A DNA stretch of 64,000 nucleotides from Ginglymostoma cirratum (GCA_024137785.1 JAHRHZ010000263.1:37136843-37200842), one strand, 5' to 3'. Counted from the first letter of the stretch, positions 1 through 12,059 are shown. Notes: generated by a model not told the origin, from the letters alone. Program-made: numbers and translations.

Positions 1-30
1 TGACGTTTCGGGCCTAGACCCTTCTTCAGA
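1..30 (-). ncRNA. Minimal hammerhead ribozyme core at the head of a Penelope-like unit, truncated by the window edge
   Basis: The reverse complement reads UCUGAAGA-A-GGGU-CUAG-GCCC-GAAA-CG-UCA: CUGANGA core, stem II, GAAA and a GUC triplet. The 3' strand of stem I lies outside the window. Confidence 0.6.
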
Positions 31-49
31 AAAATAAGTGTGAGATTCT

Positions 50-355
50 CAGAGGCTGTCATTTAGATGAGACATTAAACTGAGGCTCTGTCTGCCCGTT
101 CAGTTGAATATGTAATAAAAAATCTGACAGCTAAATTGAAATAAGAGCAAGGAATTCTTCTAGTATCCTGGCCAAATTTCAGCTTTCAACCAACACCAAA
201 AACCAGAGTGATAATTCACCTCATTTACTGAGCGAAGGCTCTTATTGTGAACAAATTACCTGCTGCACATTCGAAGGGAATGAATTAGAACGATGTTTTT
301 TGCAACATCCTAATGTATGATGTGATATGATGCTGTATTAGGTACATGTTCATTC
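50..355 (+). mobile_element. Decayed Deu-domain SINE (SacSINE1/AmnSINE1-like)
   Basis: gatgagacattaaactgaggctctgtctgccc...aagagcaaggaattcttctagtatcctggccaaattt...tcaaccaacacc resembles the recalled Deu domain. Confidence 0.65.
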
Positions 356-467
356 TGAATTTCATGTCAGCTTAAATGATATGAACCTTTACTTGTTGGA
401 TTAACACAGATAAAGTGCAAAAGTAACATGGAAGATAGTGAAGAGAATGCTTATCAAAAACAAAAGG

Positions 468-860
468 TCGTACATTTACATAGTGCCTTTTGTGATCGCA
501 GGATGTCACAGGGTACTTTACTTTGAAAGGAAGTCACTGTTCTAATGTAGAATTGTAATTGCTAATTTGCACAAAACAAGCTCCTGCAAACCTCACTGTA
601 ATACAACCAGATAATTTGTTGTAGTGACTTTGAGGGATAAATATTGACCAGGGCTTTTACAAAAACTCCTCTTGCTCTTCTTCAAAATTGTACTGCAGAA
701 TCATTTCTGTTCTCACTAGAAGGTAGAAGAGGTCATGTTCTAATATCTCATCCATTGCACAGGCAGTGGAACATTCCCTCTGTATTTCACCAGAGTATCA
801 TTTCGAAATATATGTCAGATCTTAGAGTGGAAGCTGAGCCTGTAACTCTCTGACAAAGGG
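468..860 (-). mobile_element. Decayed Deu-domain SINE, opposite orientation
   Basis: catttacatagtgcctttt tail; ttgagggataaatattgaccagg and ctcctcttgctcttcttcaaaat are reverse-complement Deu-domain motifs. Confidence 0.65.
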
Positions 861-1099
861 CTAAATACCCTAGCAAATAATAACGGCTAGATCAGGATTT
901 TTACCTTAACTAAATTTGCATTGGGATTTTGGAATCTGGCCCACATTTCTTCTAGATCCAATTTTCATTGGTGGAGGAAAGGGCTGGATTGTGATTTACA
1001 TACAGTGGAAATGCAAACCCATTTGAGGTTTGCTTCCTGCAGTGTGTGACCTATGATTTTTTTTTTTAACAGTAAACATATAAAAGATGGATAAGATGA

Positions 1100-1898
1100 G
1101 GTAGGAATAAGAGCAAAATGGACTATGTTTTAAATGGTAAAAAATTGCAGCACGCTGCTGTGCAGAGGGACTTGGGTGTCCTTGTGCATGAATCGCTAAA
1201 GGTAGGATTGCAGGTACAGCAGGTAATTAAAAAGGAAAATGGAATTTTGTCTGTCATTGCTAAAGGGATGGAGTTTAAAAACAGGGAAGCTATGCTGCAG
1301 CTGTATAGGGTCCTGGTGAGGCCACACCTGGAGTACTGTGTGCAGTTTTGGTCTCCTTACTTGAGAAGGGATACACTAGCACTGGAGCAGGTGCAGAGGA
1401 GATTCACTCGATTGATTCCAGAGTTGAGAGGGTTGGATTATGAGGAGACACTGAGTAGACTGGGATTGTCCAATTGAGACTCATTGGAATTCAGAAGAAT
1501 GAGGGGAGATCTTATAGAAACGTATAAGATTATGAAGGGAATAGATAAGGTGGAGGCAGGGAGGTTGTTTCCACCATCAGGTGAAACTAGGACTAGAGGG
1601 CATAGCCTCAAACTAAAGGGAAGCAGATATAGGACTGAGGTCAGGAGGAACTTCTTCACCCAAAGGGTTGTGAATCTGTGGAATTCCCTGCCCAGTGAAG
1701 CGGTTGAAGCTACCTCACTGAATGTGTTTAAGGCAAGGCTAGATAAATTTTTGAACAGTAAAGGGATTAAGGGTTATGGTGTGCGGGTGGGTAAGTGGAG
1801 CTGAGTCTCAAAAAGATCAGCCATGATCTTTTTAAATGGCAGGGCAGGCTCGAGGGGCCAGATAGCCTCCTCCTGCTCCTAGTTCTTATGTTCTTATG
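1100..1898 (+). mobile_element. 5'-truncated CR1/HER1-type LINE (ORF2 C-terminus and 3'UTR)
   Basis: ORFs 1118-1477 and 1484-1804 encode QRDLGVLVH, LYRVLVRPHLEYCVQFWSP, RRMRGDLIE and FFTQRVVNLWNSLP, broken by a small insertion near 1470. The element ends in (TTCTTATG)2. Confidence 0.93.
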
Positions 1899-2044
1899 TA
1901 AGTTCTGTCAAGCAACCAAGTTATTTAAATCCCCTGACCATTAAATTTTAAAAAGTTTGCAATGTTGCATGTTTGAAAAGAACTAGCACTTTCAATTCCA
2001 ACAGCTGTTTGTTGACATAACGCTAAAGGCTATCATTATGATGC

Positions 2045-2162
2045 TGTGGAGGTGCTGGTGTTGGACTGGGGTGGACAAAGTCAGAAGTCATACGACACCA
2101 GGTTCTAGTCCAACAGGTTTATTTGAAATCACAAGCTTTCAGAGCGCTGCTCCTTCATTACA
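2045..2162 (-). mobile_element. Penelope-like terminal-repeat fragment with a degenerate hammerhead (AAGCTT type)
   Basis: The minus strand reads gUAAUGA-A-GGAGC-AGC-GCUCU-GAAA-GC-UU-GUGA, followed by AATAAA. Confidence 0.55.
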
Positions 2163-3999
2163 GTACTGCTGCTGCATGTACTGTTTCTGGCAAAGGTAGG
2201 TCTGACCCTAACTCATACCCAGAAAGTAGATCCCATTATTTAGCTACTTTTCCCCATGAGGGGTGCAGCAGGTGGGATATTTCTCAGTTCTGCCTAGCTA
2301 CCTTGGAATTCTAATGATCCACTACACACAAGCTGTTGAGTTATACTTCTACAGTATTATTTGTTTCTGGAATGTGCTGTTATTTTTACTTTGTATATAC
2401 TTATGTATCACCGCATGCAAAATAGAATTCTTCCTTATGGTCTAGATCATATTTACTTAATTTCTAGTGTGTACAAATTCTGATATAATTTTTACAGTTA
2501 CGGTTTTATAGTATGAACAATTTCCTGTCATAAGTACTCACTTATGTCATAACTACATAATAATGCTTCCTCCTCTGAAAATGGTATGTACAACATTAGA
2601 CCTCAGACGGAAGCTCTAATTAGGAGCTCATTTGTTTACTACCTACATAGATAAAAGGTTGTTGTATTTGCAGAATAGGTACTTAGGAAAAGGAAAAGAA
2701 TTTAAATAGACTCAATATAATCAGTTGCCATAGACAGCTATAAGGCTGCATCTACAGAAGATAATTAAATATTCTGCACGCTTAATGAAAGGAAAATTAG
2801 CCTTTTTTTTCTCCTTTAACAGTCTGAATAATTGCAACTTCCCGAAAGAATTATTGTGCAAAGCCCGAAAGGGGAGCAGTATACTGCGTGAGTAGGAATT
2901 AATAGTTGATTAATGAAGAAATCTGCCAGGACCCTTTGAATATGGTTTTCATTCAGTCTTCAATCTTGTGTACTTATTCATATTGTCATTCAATACAATA
3001 TTGATTCTCAATATTGCAGGGAAAGCTTTCTCCATTTGTAGAGCTCTGGCAAAAAGATAATTAAATACGACCAGCTATGTAACTTTTACAAAGGGCCAAA
3101 TGGCCTGTGTATAATAATCATTCAGTGATCTTGTAGATCTTTCACTTTGGCAGAGAGGACAAGAGTGGCAGAGCACATTTCCATGGGTACATGCTGAAAC
3201 GGTCGTTCATCTTGCATTAGCCTGGGCAATAAGCACTTGGTAGAAATCGCAGCTAAGTCTGTTCCTGCACCAAATGTCCACACTTACAAATGTTTTGGCA
3301 GAAGCTCACCAGTTAGTTATCACGAAAGGGAGCCTTGGCTGATCATCCCCCTCTATAGTCAGACGCTAAAGCCATTGGAATATTCACAGGACCAGTCTTG
3401 CAGATTAAGTAAATGAGCATAGATGAGAGGTCAAAACTAATGTTTAATAGATTTAAATTGTTTACCAACTACCATAATGACCTCCAATATACCATTCCTG
3501 ATCGGGTAAGGAGTAAAAATGAAAATCTGGGTATAAGTTGCATTTATCAGGACATTGGCAGGAATTTGCTTGCACTTTCAAAGTCTGCAATTGAGGATAG
3601 AAAACAGTCTAGTTATCCAACTTGATGAATTAGTAGGTCATTGATTTAAATGCAGTGATTCATTGCATAATACACATGATTTTGACTGAACCATCACGGA
3701 GACCAATTCATACAGTCAGAGGAGAATTATTATGGCACGGAAGGAGGACATTTAACTTATCAAGTCTAAGCTGGCTTCCTGTAGAACTATCCAGTCAGTC
3801 TCATCCACCTGTTGCAGCTCCAGCTATTTCCCTACCATTCCCATTTCCTTCTGAAATCATTGATCATCGACATTGGCAGCCTTCTCATACAAAGTGAATT
3901 CCAGCTCATTACCATTTCATAATATGAATGTGAATCACTTTTTGGGACGGATTGATGGCAAAGTTAAACAATTTATAAATAAATTACTGTAGAACCCAG

Positions 4000-4085
4000 C
4001 AAAAACAGTAATTCCTGGAGAAACTCAGCAGGTCCGGTAGCACCTGTGGAGAGAAAACAGAGTTAATGTTACAGGTCCAATGAAT
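4000..4085 (-). mobile_element. Penelope-like short unit (partial)
   Basis: aaaaacagtaattcctggagaaactcagcaggtccggtagcacctgtggagagaaaacagagttaatgtt matches the other copies in the window. Confidence 0.6.
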
Positions 4086-4982
4086 GATTGTAACTTCTAA
4101 TTCTTTCTTAAACAATTCCTGCTTTTTTTTTTGTCTCCGCTGCCCTGTCTAGAACTTTGTTCCGCATGTTGATCCTGTTTCCATGAAGTGTTAAGAACAA
4201 TGTATAACTTCAAGTTTAATTTCTATTTTGCATTTTGCATGTTAGGAAGGGGACACTCATTTTTTAAGATTTAGTTTCCTGGGCTTGATGTTTAAAGTCT
4301 GGAGTCTTTTTTTGTATACATGCATTTTAGTAAGGTTTTACAACCCTAGAAGTGAGGAGCTGGATAGTAGTTAGTGCATTAAAAGAAGGTAAGAGAAAAT
4401 TGTGTTGTTGCCTGTTGGCAGGGATGCAGGACATACAGAAACAGGAAAATCTAAAAGTCAGTCGGTACATGTTTTGGCAAGGATCTAAGTATTAACTCTC
4501 CAGTGAAAAATTCGACAGAACAGTTGGAAGCTGAGTTTAGAGAACTTGTGTTCACTCTGTAGTTAAAATAACAGTGAGTTTAATTTGCAGTTTGGTTTAG
4601 GTTCTTTTTTCAGGTGTCTCAGGCAGAGAAACCAGCTGAAGAAAGAGTACCGAAGGAGCTATGGAGTGGAGATGGGATGAGTATTCACTGGGGCTTTGGT
4701 TTTTGGAAGGTCTGTTTGTACTAAACGACTGCTTTCAGTGCAAGGGCTGCTCTAATATGTTGGAACTCTGGGAACTTTCCTATTGACATCATAAGACTCT
4801 GAAACATTGAAACAGGAATAGGCCGCAGGACCCTGAACCCGTTCCAACATTTATTAAGATTATGGATGACCTTCTATGATAATGGGGTATTCGAGATGGG
4901 ATTGTCAATAACAGAATTTGAACCTATGCCCCCAGATTATTAGCATTGGGATTACTGGTCCAGCCACATTACCTCCTGCTCC

Positions 4983-5068
4983 TATGATGCTGCTGGGCTT
5001 GCTGTGTTCATCCAGCTCCACACCTTGTTATCTCGGATTCTCCAGCATCTGCAGTACCTGTTACCTCT
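4983..5068 (+). mobile_element. Penelope-like short unit, 3' part only
   Basis: gatgctgctgggcttgctgtgttcatccagctccacacc...ccagcatctgcagt belongs to the same subfamily as 45777-45981. Confidence 0.6.
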
Positions 5069-5472
5069 CACCACTATGCCATTGTCTGCTCTGGACAATG
5101 CAGTGTGATCTGATAGGCGGGGCTGTAATAAACGACAGCAGTGAGAATAATGCTATCAAAAAATGTGAGAAGGAGAGGTGAGAGGTGTGAAGTGGCTGGT
5201 CTATAGTAGAAATATGGGACAGAATCTGAATCAATGGAAGCAGGTATGGGATAAGATTGTCAGAACATCTCCCATTCACTGTCTACTGCCATCATACATT
5301 CCATTAATAGTTATAAATCTGGAGTTGGAAAAGGGAGAGGAACTTGGTAAAATAATAAACATAATGGAAGTGATATTAAGTAAACTGTGGTCGGGCAAAT
5401 TTCCAAGTCCAGATGGGCTTTGTCCTGGTGTCTTAAAAGAGATTGCTAGTGAGTTAGTGGAGGTACCTCAGT

Positions 5473-5790
5473 GGGCAGCACAGTGGCTCAGTGGTTAGCA
5501 CTGCTGCCTCACAGCACCAGGGACCCGGGTTCGATTCCACCCTTGGGCAACTGTTTGCGTGGAGTTTGCACATTCTCCCCATGTCTGCATGGGTTTGCTC
5601 CGGTTTCCTCCCACAGTCCAAAGATGTGCAGGCTAGGTGGTTTGGCCATGCTAAATTGCCCACAGTGTTTAGGGATGTGTAGATTAGGTGGGTTATAGGG
5701 GGATGGGTCTGGATGGGATGCCCTGAGGTTCAGTGTGGACTTGTTGGGCCAAAGGACCTGTTTCCACACTGTAGTGATTCTAAAAAAAAA
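5473..5790 (+). mobile_element. HE1-type V-SINE, copy 1
   Basis: tRNA head with A box tggctcagtgg and B box ggttcgattcc; V domain ggagtttgcacattctcccc...ccacagtccaaagatgtgcag; HER1-like tail; ends in an A run. Confidence 0.9.
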
Positions 5791-5796
5791 ATTTTA

Positions 5797-6112
5797 GGGC
5801 AGAAAGGTGGCTCACTGGTTAGCACTGCAGCCTCACAGCGCCAGGGACCCGGGTTCGATTCCACCCTCGGGCGACTGTCTGTGTGGAGTTTGCACATTCT
5901 CCCCGTGACTGCGTGGGTTTCCTCCAGGTGCTCCAGTTTCCTCCTACAGCCCAAAGATGTGCAGGCCAGGTGGATTGGCCATGCTAAATTGCCCACAGTG
6001 TTCCGGGTGTGTGGGTTATAGGGGGATGGGTCTGGGTAGGATGGTCCAAGGGTCGGTGTGGACTTGTTGGGCTGAAGGGCCTGTTTCCACACTGAAGGGA
6101 CTCTGTGATTCC
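5797..6112 (+). mobile_element. HE1-type V-SINE, copy 2, tandem with copy 1
   Basis: Same head, V domain and tail (gggctgaagggcctgtttccacactg...ctctgtgattc). Confidence 0.9.
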
Positions 6113-6649
6113 GTGAGGTGCTGTGCTGTGGATGTCAACTTTACACAAGTGCTATCAATGATGTAGATGAGGGGAGTGAAAGCATGGTAGCTAAATTTAT
6201 ACAAGATTTCAAGATAAATAGGAGACTATGTGGTGAAGAAGACATAAGGAAGTTGCAACAAACAGGAAGAACACCTAAGGAGGTTGCAGGTAGATGTAGG
6301 CTGAGTGAGTAGGCAAAAATCCGCCAGATGGAGTGTAATTGAGAAAATATGAAGTTGTTCACTTTGGCAGGAAGAATTTAAAAAACCGCTATTTTCTCAA
6401 ATGGAGATAACCTGTACAATTCAGAGGTGCAGAAAGATTTAGGTGTTGTGGCACATGAGTCACGAAATATTAGTTTGCAGCTCCAGCACATAATCAAGAA
6501 GGCTAAGAAGATGCTATCTTTAATATGAGAGGAATTGAACACAAAAGGAAAATGTTATGCTTCAGTCGTACAGGACATTGGTGAGATCATATCTTAAATA
6601 TTATGTGCCATTTTGGTCTGCTTGTTTAAAGAAGGATGTAAATGCCATT

Positions 6650-6890
6650 GTTGTATTTTGGAAATTTAAACGCATTTAATTAGGTTTGTTTGGTATAAAA
6701 ATTTGGCAACAGCAATATTGACCATGAGACCTTAGGATTGTCATTAAATCTCACCAGGTTCATTAATGTCCTGAAGGGAAAGAAATTTGCAGTTTCTTGC
6801 CTGGTCTGGCCCAAATGTAACTCCAGACCCACAGAAATAAAGTAGACTCTTAACAGCCTTTTGATAGCCCTACCAAGCCATTCACTCAAT
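6650..6890 (+). mobile_element. Fragment of tRNA-derived SINE family 2
   Basis: ttcattaatgtcctgaagggaaagaaatttgc...tggtctggcccaaatgtaactccagacccacag core, shared with 38950-39288. Confidence 0.55.
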
Positions 6891-6959
6891 TATTAAGAAC
6901 ATAACTCACCCTACCCTCTCTCAAATAAAACCAAGAAAGTAAGTTGTGAAAGGATACAA

Positions 6960-7315
6960 ATATACTCAAATGGATATAGATAGGAGACAAAGATCTAGCA
7001 AGTGATGTATAATGTGAGAAAATGTGAAATTGTCCATTCTGGTATAAAGAATGAAAGGGAAGCAGATTATCTAAAAGGTGAGAGATTGCACAGCTCTGAG
7101 ATGCAAAGGGATCTTGGAGTCTCAGTGCATGAATTGGCAGAAGGCGAGTTGCGGGTACAGCAAGCAATGAGGAAAATTAAAGAATGTTGTTTATTGGATA
7201 CAAAAGAATGGAAGTTATGCAGGACTCAGAGATTACATCGAAGGTGCTGGGAACTATATGGGTCTCCTTATATAAGGGATAACGAAATTATATTGGAAAC
7301 TGCTCAGAGAAGGTC
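6960..7315 (+). mobile_element. Decayed CR1 RT fragment
   Basis: MYNVRKCEIVHSG..YLKGERL..EMQRDLGVSVHE. Confidence 0.7.
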
Positions 7316-8398
7316 AGCACCACACCTCCCTGTGACCTTGAGTTGAAAAGGACGTGGTGAATGATGGCCAGAAGAGAGGGTCAGCAACAAGGGCAGGTGG
7401 AGGTTTCCAACAGGTAACCCCCTCCCCATTGCTGGGTCCCTCAATTGGAAACTGAGTGCCTTTGAAAGAAGAAATCTCTTCCCCAGGAGCCTGTAATCAA
7501 ACATGTCCCAGGATTTCCTTGTCAAACTCCCTACAAGGCAACCATCTCTAACTGTCAATGCAGGCAGCAGTGGGATGAGTCCCTTAAGAGGTCATAACAT
7601 CCTCATTTAAGTGCCTCAATTGGTAATGGGCCAGGTTAGCTTACCACTGGCTTTCCCACCATGCACTTAGTTGAGGTGGAGAAACCTGTCAGCTGATTAA
7701 TTTCTCCAGTGTTATCAAATGTGCCATCAAGTGGCGGGGAGAAGATTCAGGATTGTGCAGGGTCCAGTCTAAGTAATGGCAGATTCTGTCAGATTGGGTC
7801 TTTTAGCAAATTAAGGCCCACGTTGTCAAGCATACATTTCCTGTAAGTGTTCCAACTTGCTTGCCACTCAAATGTTCTAATGGATAAGTATGCCCAATGA
7901 CTTGCCGTGACAAATGTCCAAGATGGTTTATTTGTTACAAATAAATAAATAGTACAGCTGTTAGAGACATTCGGCCAATGATGTCTTTTTCAGTAAAAAT
8001 ACATCCAGCTTTGTTTCCAGTGGATGATATGACCTGGAGCTTTTGATTGGATTACTACCCAGTAACTCACAGCTGGTCAGTATTGTTACGAAGGAGTGTT
8101 AGCAGTTAAAGATATTTTTTCTTATGTCCTGTCTTTCTCGAGTTTCTGGGTCAGTCATTTTTAAGCCTCAGTGGGCCACACATGGTGTGAACTTTGGGCT
8201 CAGGATTCAATCTTTCATCTTAACTCTGATCCTCCCACTCCTTCTGCTCTGGATAGGGGTATAGACAGCCAAGACAGCTGGCTACTGAAACTTTAACCAC
8301 ATGGATAGCAGAAGAATTCCCTGAATCCCGAGCCAAAAAAGAAATAATGTGGATTGCAAACACATTGTTCACTGTTGGCAGTTCTGTTCCTTGGAACA

Positions 8399-8533
8399 GT
8401 TCTGAAGAAGAGTCATACTAGAATTGGAAAGTTAATTCTGCTTCTCTTTCCGCAGTTGCCGTCAGACCTGCTGAGTTTCTCCAGCATTTTCTGTTTGTTC
8501 CAGATTTCCAGCATCCACAGTATTTTGCCTTTA
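8399..8533 (+). mobile_element. Hammerhead-headed Penelope-like short unit (degenerate)
   Basis: Starts gttCTGAAGAagagtc and continues agacctgctgagtttctccagcattttctg...ttccagcatccacagtattttgc. Confidence 0.65.
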
Positions 8534-9450
8534 TAATGGACCATATATTCCCTAAGTTGAACCAGTGATCTCGTACTCCCAGCACAGGTGTGCAAAGTGG
8601 AAGCAAGCGTTTGTGAACTTGAACTTATCAAAAACTGCTCTGCCCATATACCATGTTGCACTCATCATGCCAGAAGATGCTTCAGTTTCCCAGTTACAAA
8701 TGTCTTGATTTCAAATTTCTCATCCATGGTCACTCCGTGGTTCAAGGAGGCAGCTCATCACCACCTTATCAAGGGCAACTAGAGACAGGGAATAATTGCT
8801 GGTCCAGCCAGTGATGCCCACATTACACAATCGAATCAAAACCGAGTAACTAAAAAGCTTTTCCAATCTCCTGCAACCCTCCAGCTTCATGAGATCTTGA
8901 TATAACTCCAACTGCAGAAGCTTGCACATCCCCGAATTGAATCGGTCTGTCAATGGTGGACATACCTTCAATACATTTCCAAGTTTTCTGAAAGTTGGTG
9001 GATGAGAACGTGTTTCAGTATTATTGGATGAAAGTGCTTAAGGGCCTTACCTGGATTCCCAGTCTGCACTCGGTTAGCTCATCATGGAGAGAGCAGAGTT
9101 GGGATATGACAATTGGCTCATATTCCAAGAGATGGGAATCTTGTTGTTTTCTTGCCACAACTTTGGCTAACTTTTGACAGTGTGCTTGTGCCATGAAACT
9201 TAAAAACAGCATGACGTGGAATAGGCAGCTGGATTTCAAGTGAGGTTTGGAATTGGATGCATGTTCCACTGTTAATAAACAGTGCCACAATATTGATGCT
9301 GTTGAAAACTGTCTGACATCAGCCATTTTAAGAAAAATGGAAAAGAAAAGGAATATGTTTCTGTGCAATTTCAGTGCATAATGATAGCTGATTTGCTGGT
9401 TACCCTTACTACCATTGATGAATAGTTGGTGTGATATTTGTCTTTGACAG

Positions 9451-9633
9451 GGATATATGAGGCCTCTGAAGCAGCCAGAGAATTCCTGTATCTGTGACCT
9501 GGCCCTTGTAGATGATATGTTCTTCCAGATTCCGGAAATCCTGGAGCACCATGAGAAGTTTCTGGAGCAGGCTCATCAGTGTGTCCAGAACTGGCATGAG
9601 AAACAGAAAGTGGGAGACCTGATGATTGAAACA
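9451..9633 (+). CDS. ARHGEF17: Internal coding exon of an ARHGEF17-type RhoGEF (DH domain): GYMRPLKQPENSCICDLALVDDMFFQIPEILEHHEKFLEQAHQCVQNWHEKQKVGDLMIET
   Basis: Acceptor tctttgacag ends at 9450 and donor gtgagt starts at 9634. The exon is 183 nt, phase 0/0. The peptide matches recalled vertebrate ARHGEF17 (GYMQPLKQPENS..CDP.LVDEIF.QIPELLEHHEQFLEQV..C.Q.WH..QKVG). Confidence 0.93.
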
Positions 9634-11349
9634 GTGAGTACTGTACAAAACAACATGGCTTCCAAGTAAAGAACTGATTTTTGCTAAGCTTGAAGGGGGT
9701 GGCGGGGTGGTGGGGATGCAGGGGGTTGGAAGGAACTTGGACACCATTTACTTTATTTATTCCTACAGCTGTTTCTCCTTCATATAGCAAGTCTGAAATG
9801 ACCTGCAGCTGATTGTAGGGCAGTCTTGGAGAACAAGACATGTTACACGTGCAGAGCATTTGATCAAAGTACTTTGCTCCTGTGAAGACCCAGTGAGTAT
9901 ATTTCAATGAAAGGGTCAACTTAACTTGTTACCCTATTGACACAAGGCAGGAATCTGTGTTTCTTACTGGCTGAGACACGTTCCAGTGTGTTACATAATG
10001 CAGTGGGATATACATTGGTGTGAGCATTTCAAACATAGGAGACCAGGATTCAACATGTTTTACAAAGAGTTAGCCTTGAATACGCTTTAGATTGTTTGTA
10101 AATTTGCAAGTTGTAATACAACAACTCACATTTCGATAGTCTTAAATGCAATAAAAGGGCTTAACAGAAGCACTAATTGAACAAAATTGATCCTAAGAGA
10201 CAAATAGTTAACTAATGATTTATCCTGTACCCCTGTCTTCCGCAAAAAAGGTTGATATACTTTGAAGGCTTGAGCATTATACCGGTTTTTCTGTAGAGTT
10301 TGATGTATTCTTGACCAGACTATTTTTCTAACATAACATTTTATCCTTAAATGGCTGTTACTACTGAAAAAATGTTGAAAATCAGCATACTGGTAAATAG
10401 ATTTGGAAGTATTAGAAGCTACAACAAAACCTCAAGGTTTACATTACTAGATCAATAAATGTGATTATGGGGTTCAAGTTTTTCAAGTTTAATATTAATG
10501 GTCTTTAACATGTTAGATTAAATATGTCTGTTTTTCTGTATTCCAAAAAACATTTTGCCAAGGACGGTGCACCTAACCTCCTGACCTGACCAGGGAGAAT
10601 AAATGTGGAAGAATAGCGAAGAGAATGATCTTCATTGAGAGTCATAGAGCAGGAAAAATAACCGAAAATGCTGAAGAGATTCAGAATAAGATGCAGGCTT
10701 CCTTTGCTCTTTTTCTTCATTCAGTGAACGCGAAAGGGTATTTATTTTTTGGGCGTATTTCTTCCATTTTTCAAAATAAAGATGAATGCCCTTAATATAG
10801 ATTTACCTGGCTCGGATCACAGTTGTTCTTTTCATGTGTTCCTTAGATAAAGGGATGTCTTTCAGAATCACTTCAAATACTGCTAAGGAAGAATCTCCTG
10901 TGAAACTCCTTGGGCTGTCAAACACATAGTTGACCACCAGTGGTGTAGACAAGGTGGAGCTACAGCTCACATTGATGAAAATGGGGTTTACGACTGCTAT
11001 TCACTAATATTACCAGTCAAAATCCTGGGGAGATCAGTCTTCAGGTGAAGTAGTGTTAGAAGGCAGGAGACATTTGGATTTAGGCATGTAACTGTAGTTC
11101 AGTACCCATTTTAAAGTCATACATTTAGATGTATTACACTTATTCCCAGTGTAAATCCTATGTCCATGCTCCTTCAATGCTTTCTTGTCTGCACTGCAGT
11201 GCTGCTTTATTGCATGAGAGTGTAACTGGAGTTTGTTGAAACAAGAAGTTAAGTGAAAGAGGGAGGAGGTAATTGAACTTTCCTTTTCTCTTATTGGTGA
11301 GTACTTCTGTTCTTTAATGTCCAAGTCAGGTCTTAGGGGATTTGGTGCC

Positions 11350-12055
11350 TAATGGGAAAGAGGAGAGAGCAGGGAAGGACACTGAGAGTGAGCAGGAAAT
11401 AAAAATCAGGGCCAAGGCTTGAGGCCTACACACTCTCCTGGGAGCCCAGAGAGCGAGACAGGAGCCAGCAGAGGAGGAGACTCAGGGATCAGAAACAGTG
11501 AATAAAACAAAGGGGCATCACAGGAAAAGACATAAGTTCATTGGTTAGTAAGTAACCGTTAATTTGAATACCTATTCTAAGTTGCTTTCAGATTAGGGGT
11601 AAATTGGGGAAATATTTTACAGTCTAAAAACCTAAAGATGAGGAGGAAATTTAAAAATAGATTTTTAAAACTAATTGAATAATTTGGAGTTCCAGAGCCA
11701 GGTAATGTGTTACACCTGCATAACATGGGTACAGAGAAACCGCATCTGTAGCAGCATTGGTTGCTTGAGGAACTCTGGTTCATCGTTGATGAGCTGGAGT
11801 CTGAGCCTTGAACACTGTGACACATCAGGGAGGGGGAGGAGTTATCTGGATGCTGTGTTCCAGGAGGCAGTCACACCCTGTAGCTTAAGTACTTCACAAT
11901 TGGCCAGTGGTCAGGGACAAGATGGTGTGACTACAAGTGAGGCAGGTAGACGGACCTTGAATTTAGCACTGGAGGACCTTCAGCTCTTGACCTAGTACAA
12001 GTCTGAGGTACTTGCTCCCTGTGTGCATGAGGAAAAGGACTGTCAGGAGGTTGGG
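11350..12055 (+). mobile_element. CR1 LINE 5' region / ORF1 remnant
   Basis: Frameshifted C-x2-C...ICS motif followed by LEEL..VDELESE..HIREG.SYLDAVFQEAVTP, typical of the fish/shark CR1 ORF1 N-terminus. Confidence 0.6.
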
Positions 12056-12059
12056 CAAG

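Larger units (their letters stand above)
5180..6650 (+). mobile_element. Decayed CR1 LINE with internal deletions, interrupted by two SINEs
   Basis: PSPDGLCPGVLKEIASELVEVPQ lies before the SINEs. INDVDEGSESMVAKF and the RT C-terminal motifs follow them. Confidence 0.75.

Noticed and set aside
4190-4780. Possible solo LTR, including an acceptor-like ttttttcag at 4613; similar impressions at about 26480-27200 and 54045-54620
   Set aside because: No confident TG...CA ends or TSD, and the downstream reading frame does not match ARHGEF17.
5473-5550. tRNA gene
   Set aside because: The A and B boxes belong to a SINE head that continues into the V domain and a LINE-derived tail.
9371-9919. 182-aa minus-strand ORF
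   Set aside because: It is the antisense shadow of the ARHGEF17 exon and has no recognisable domain.
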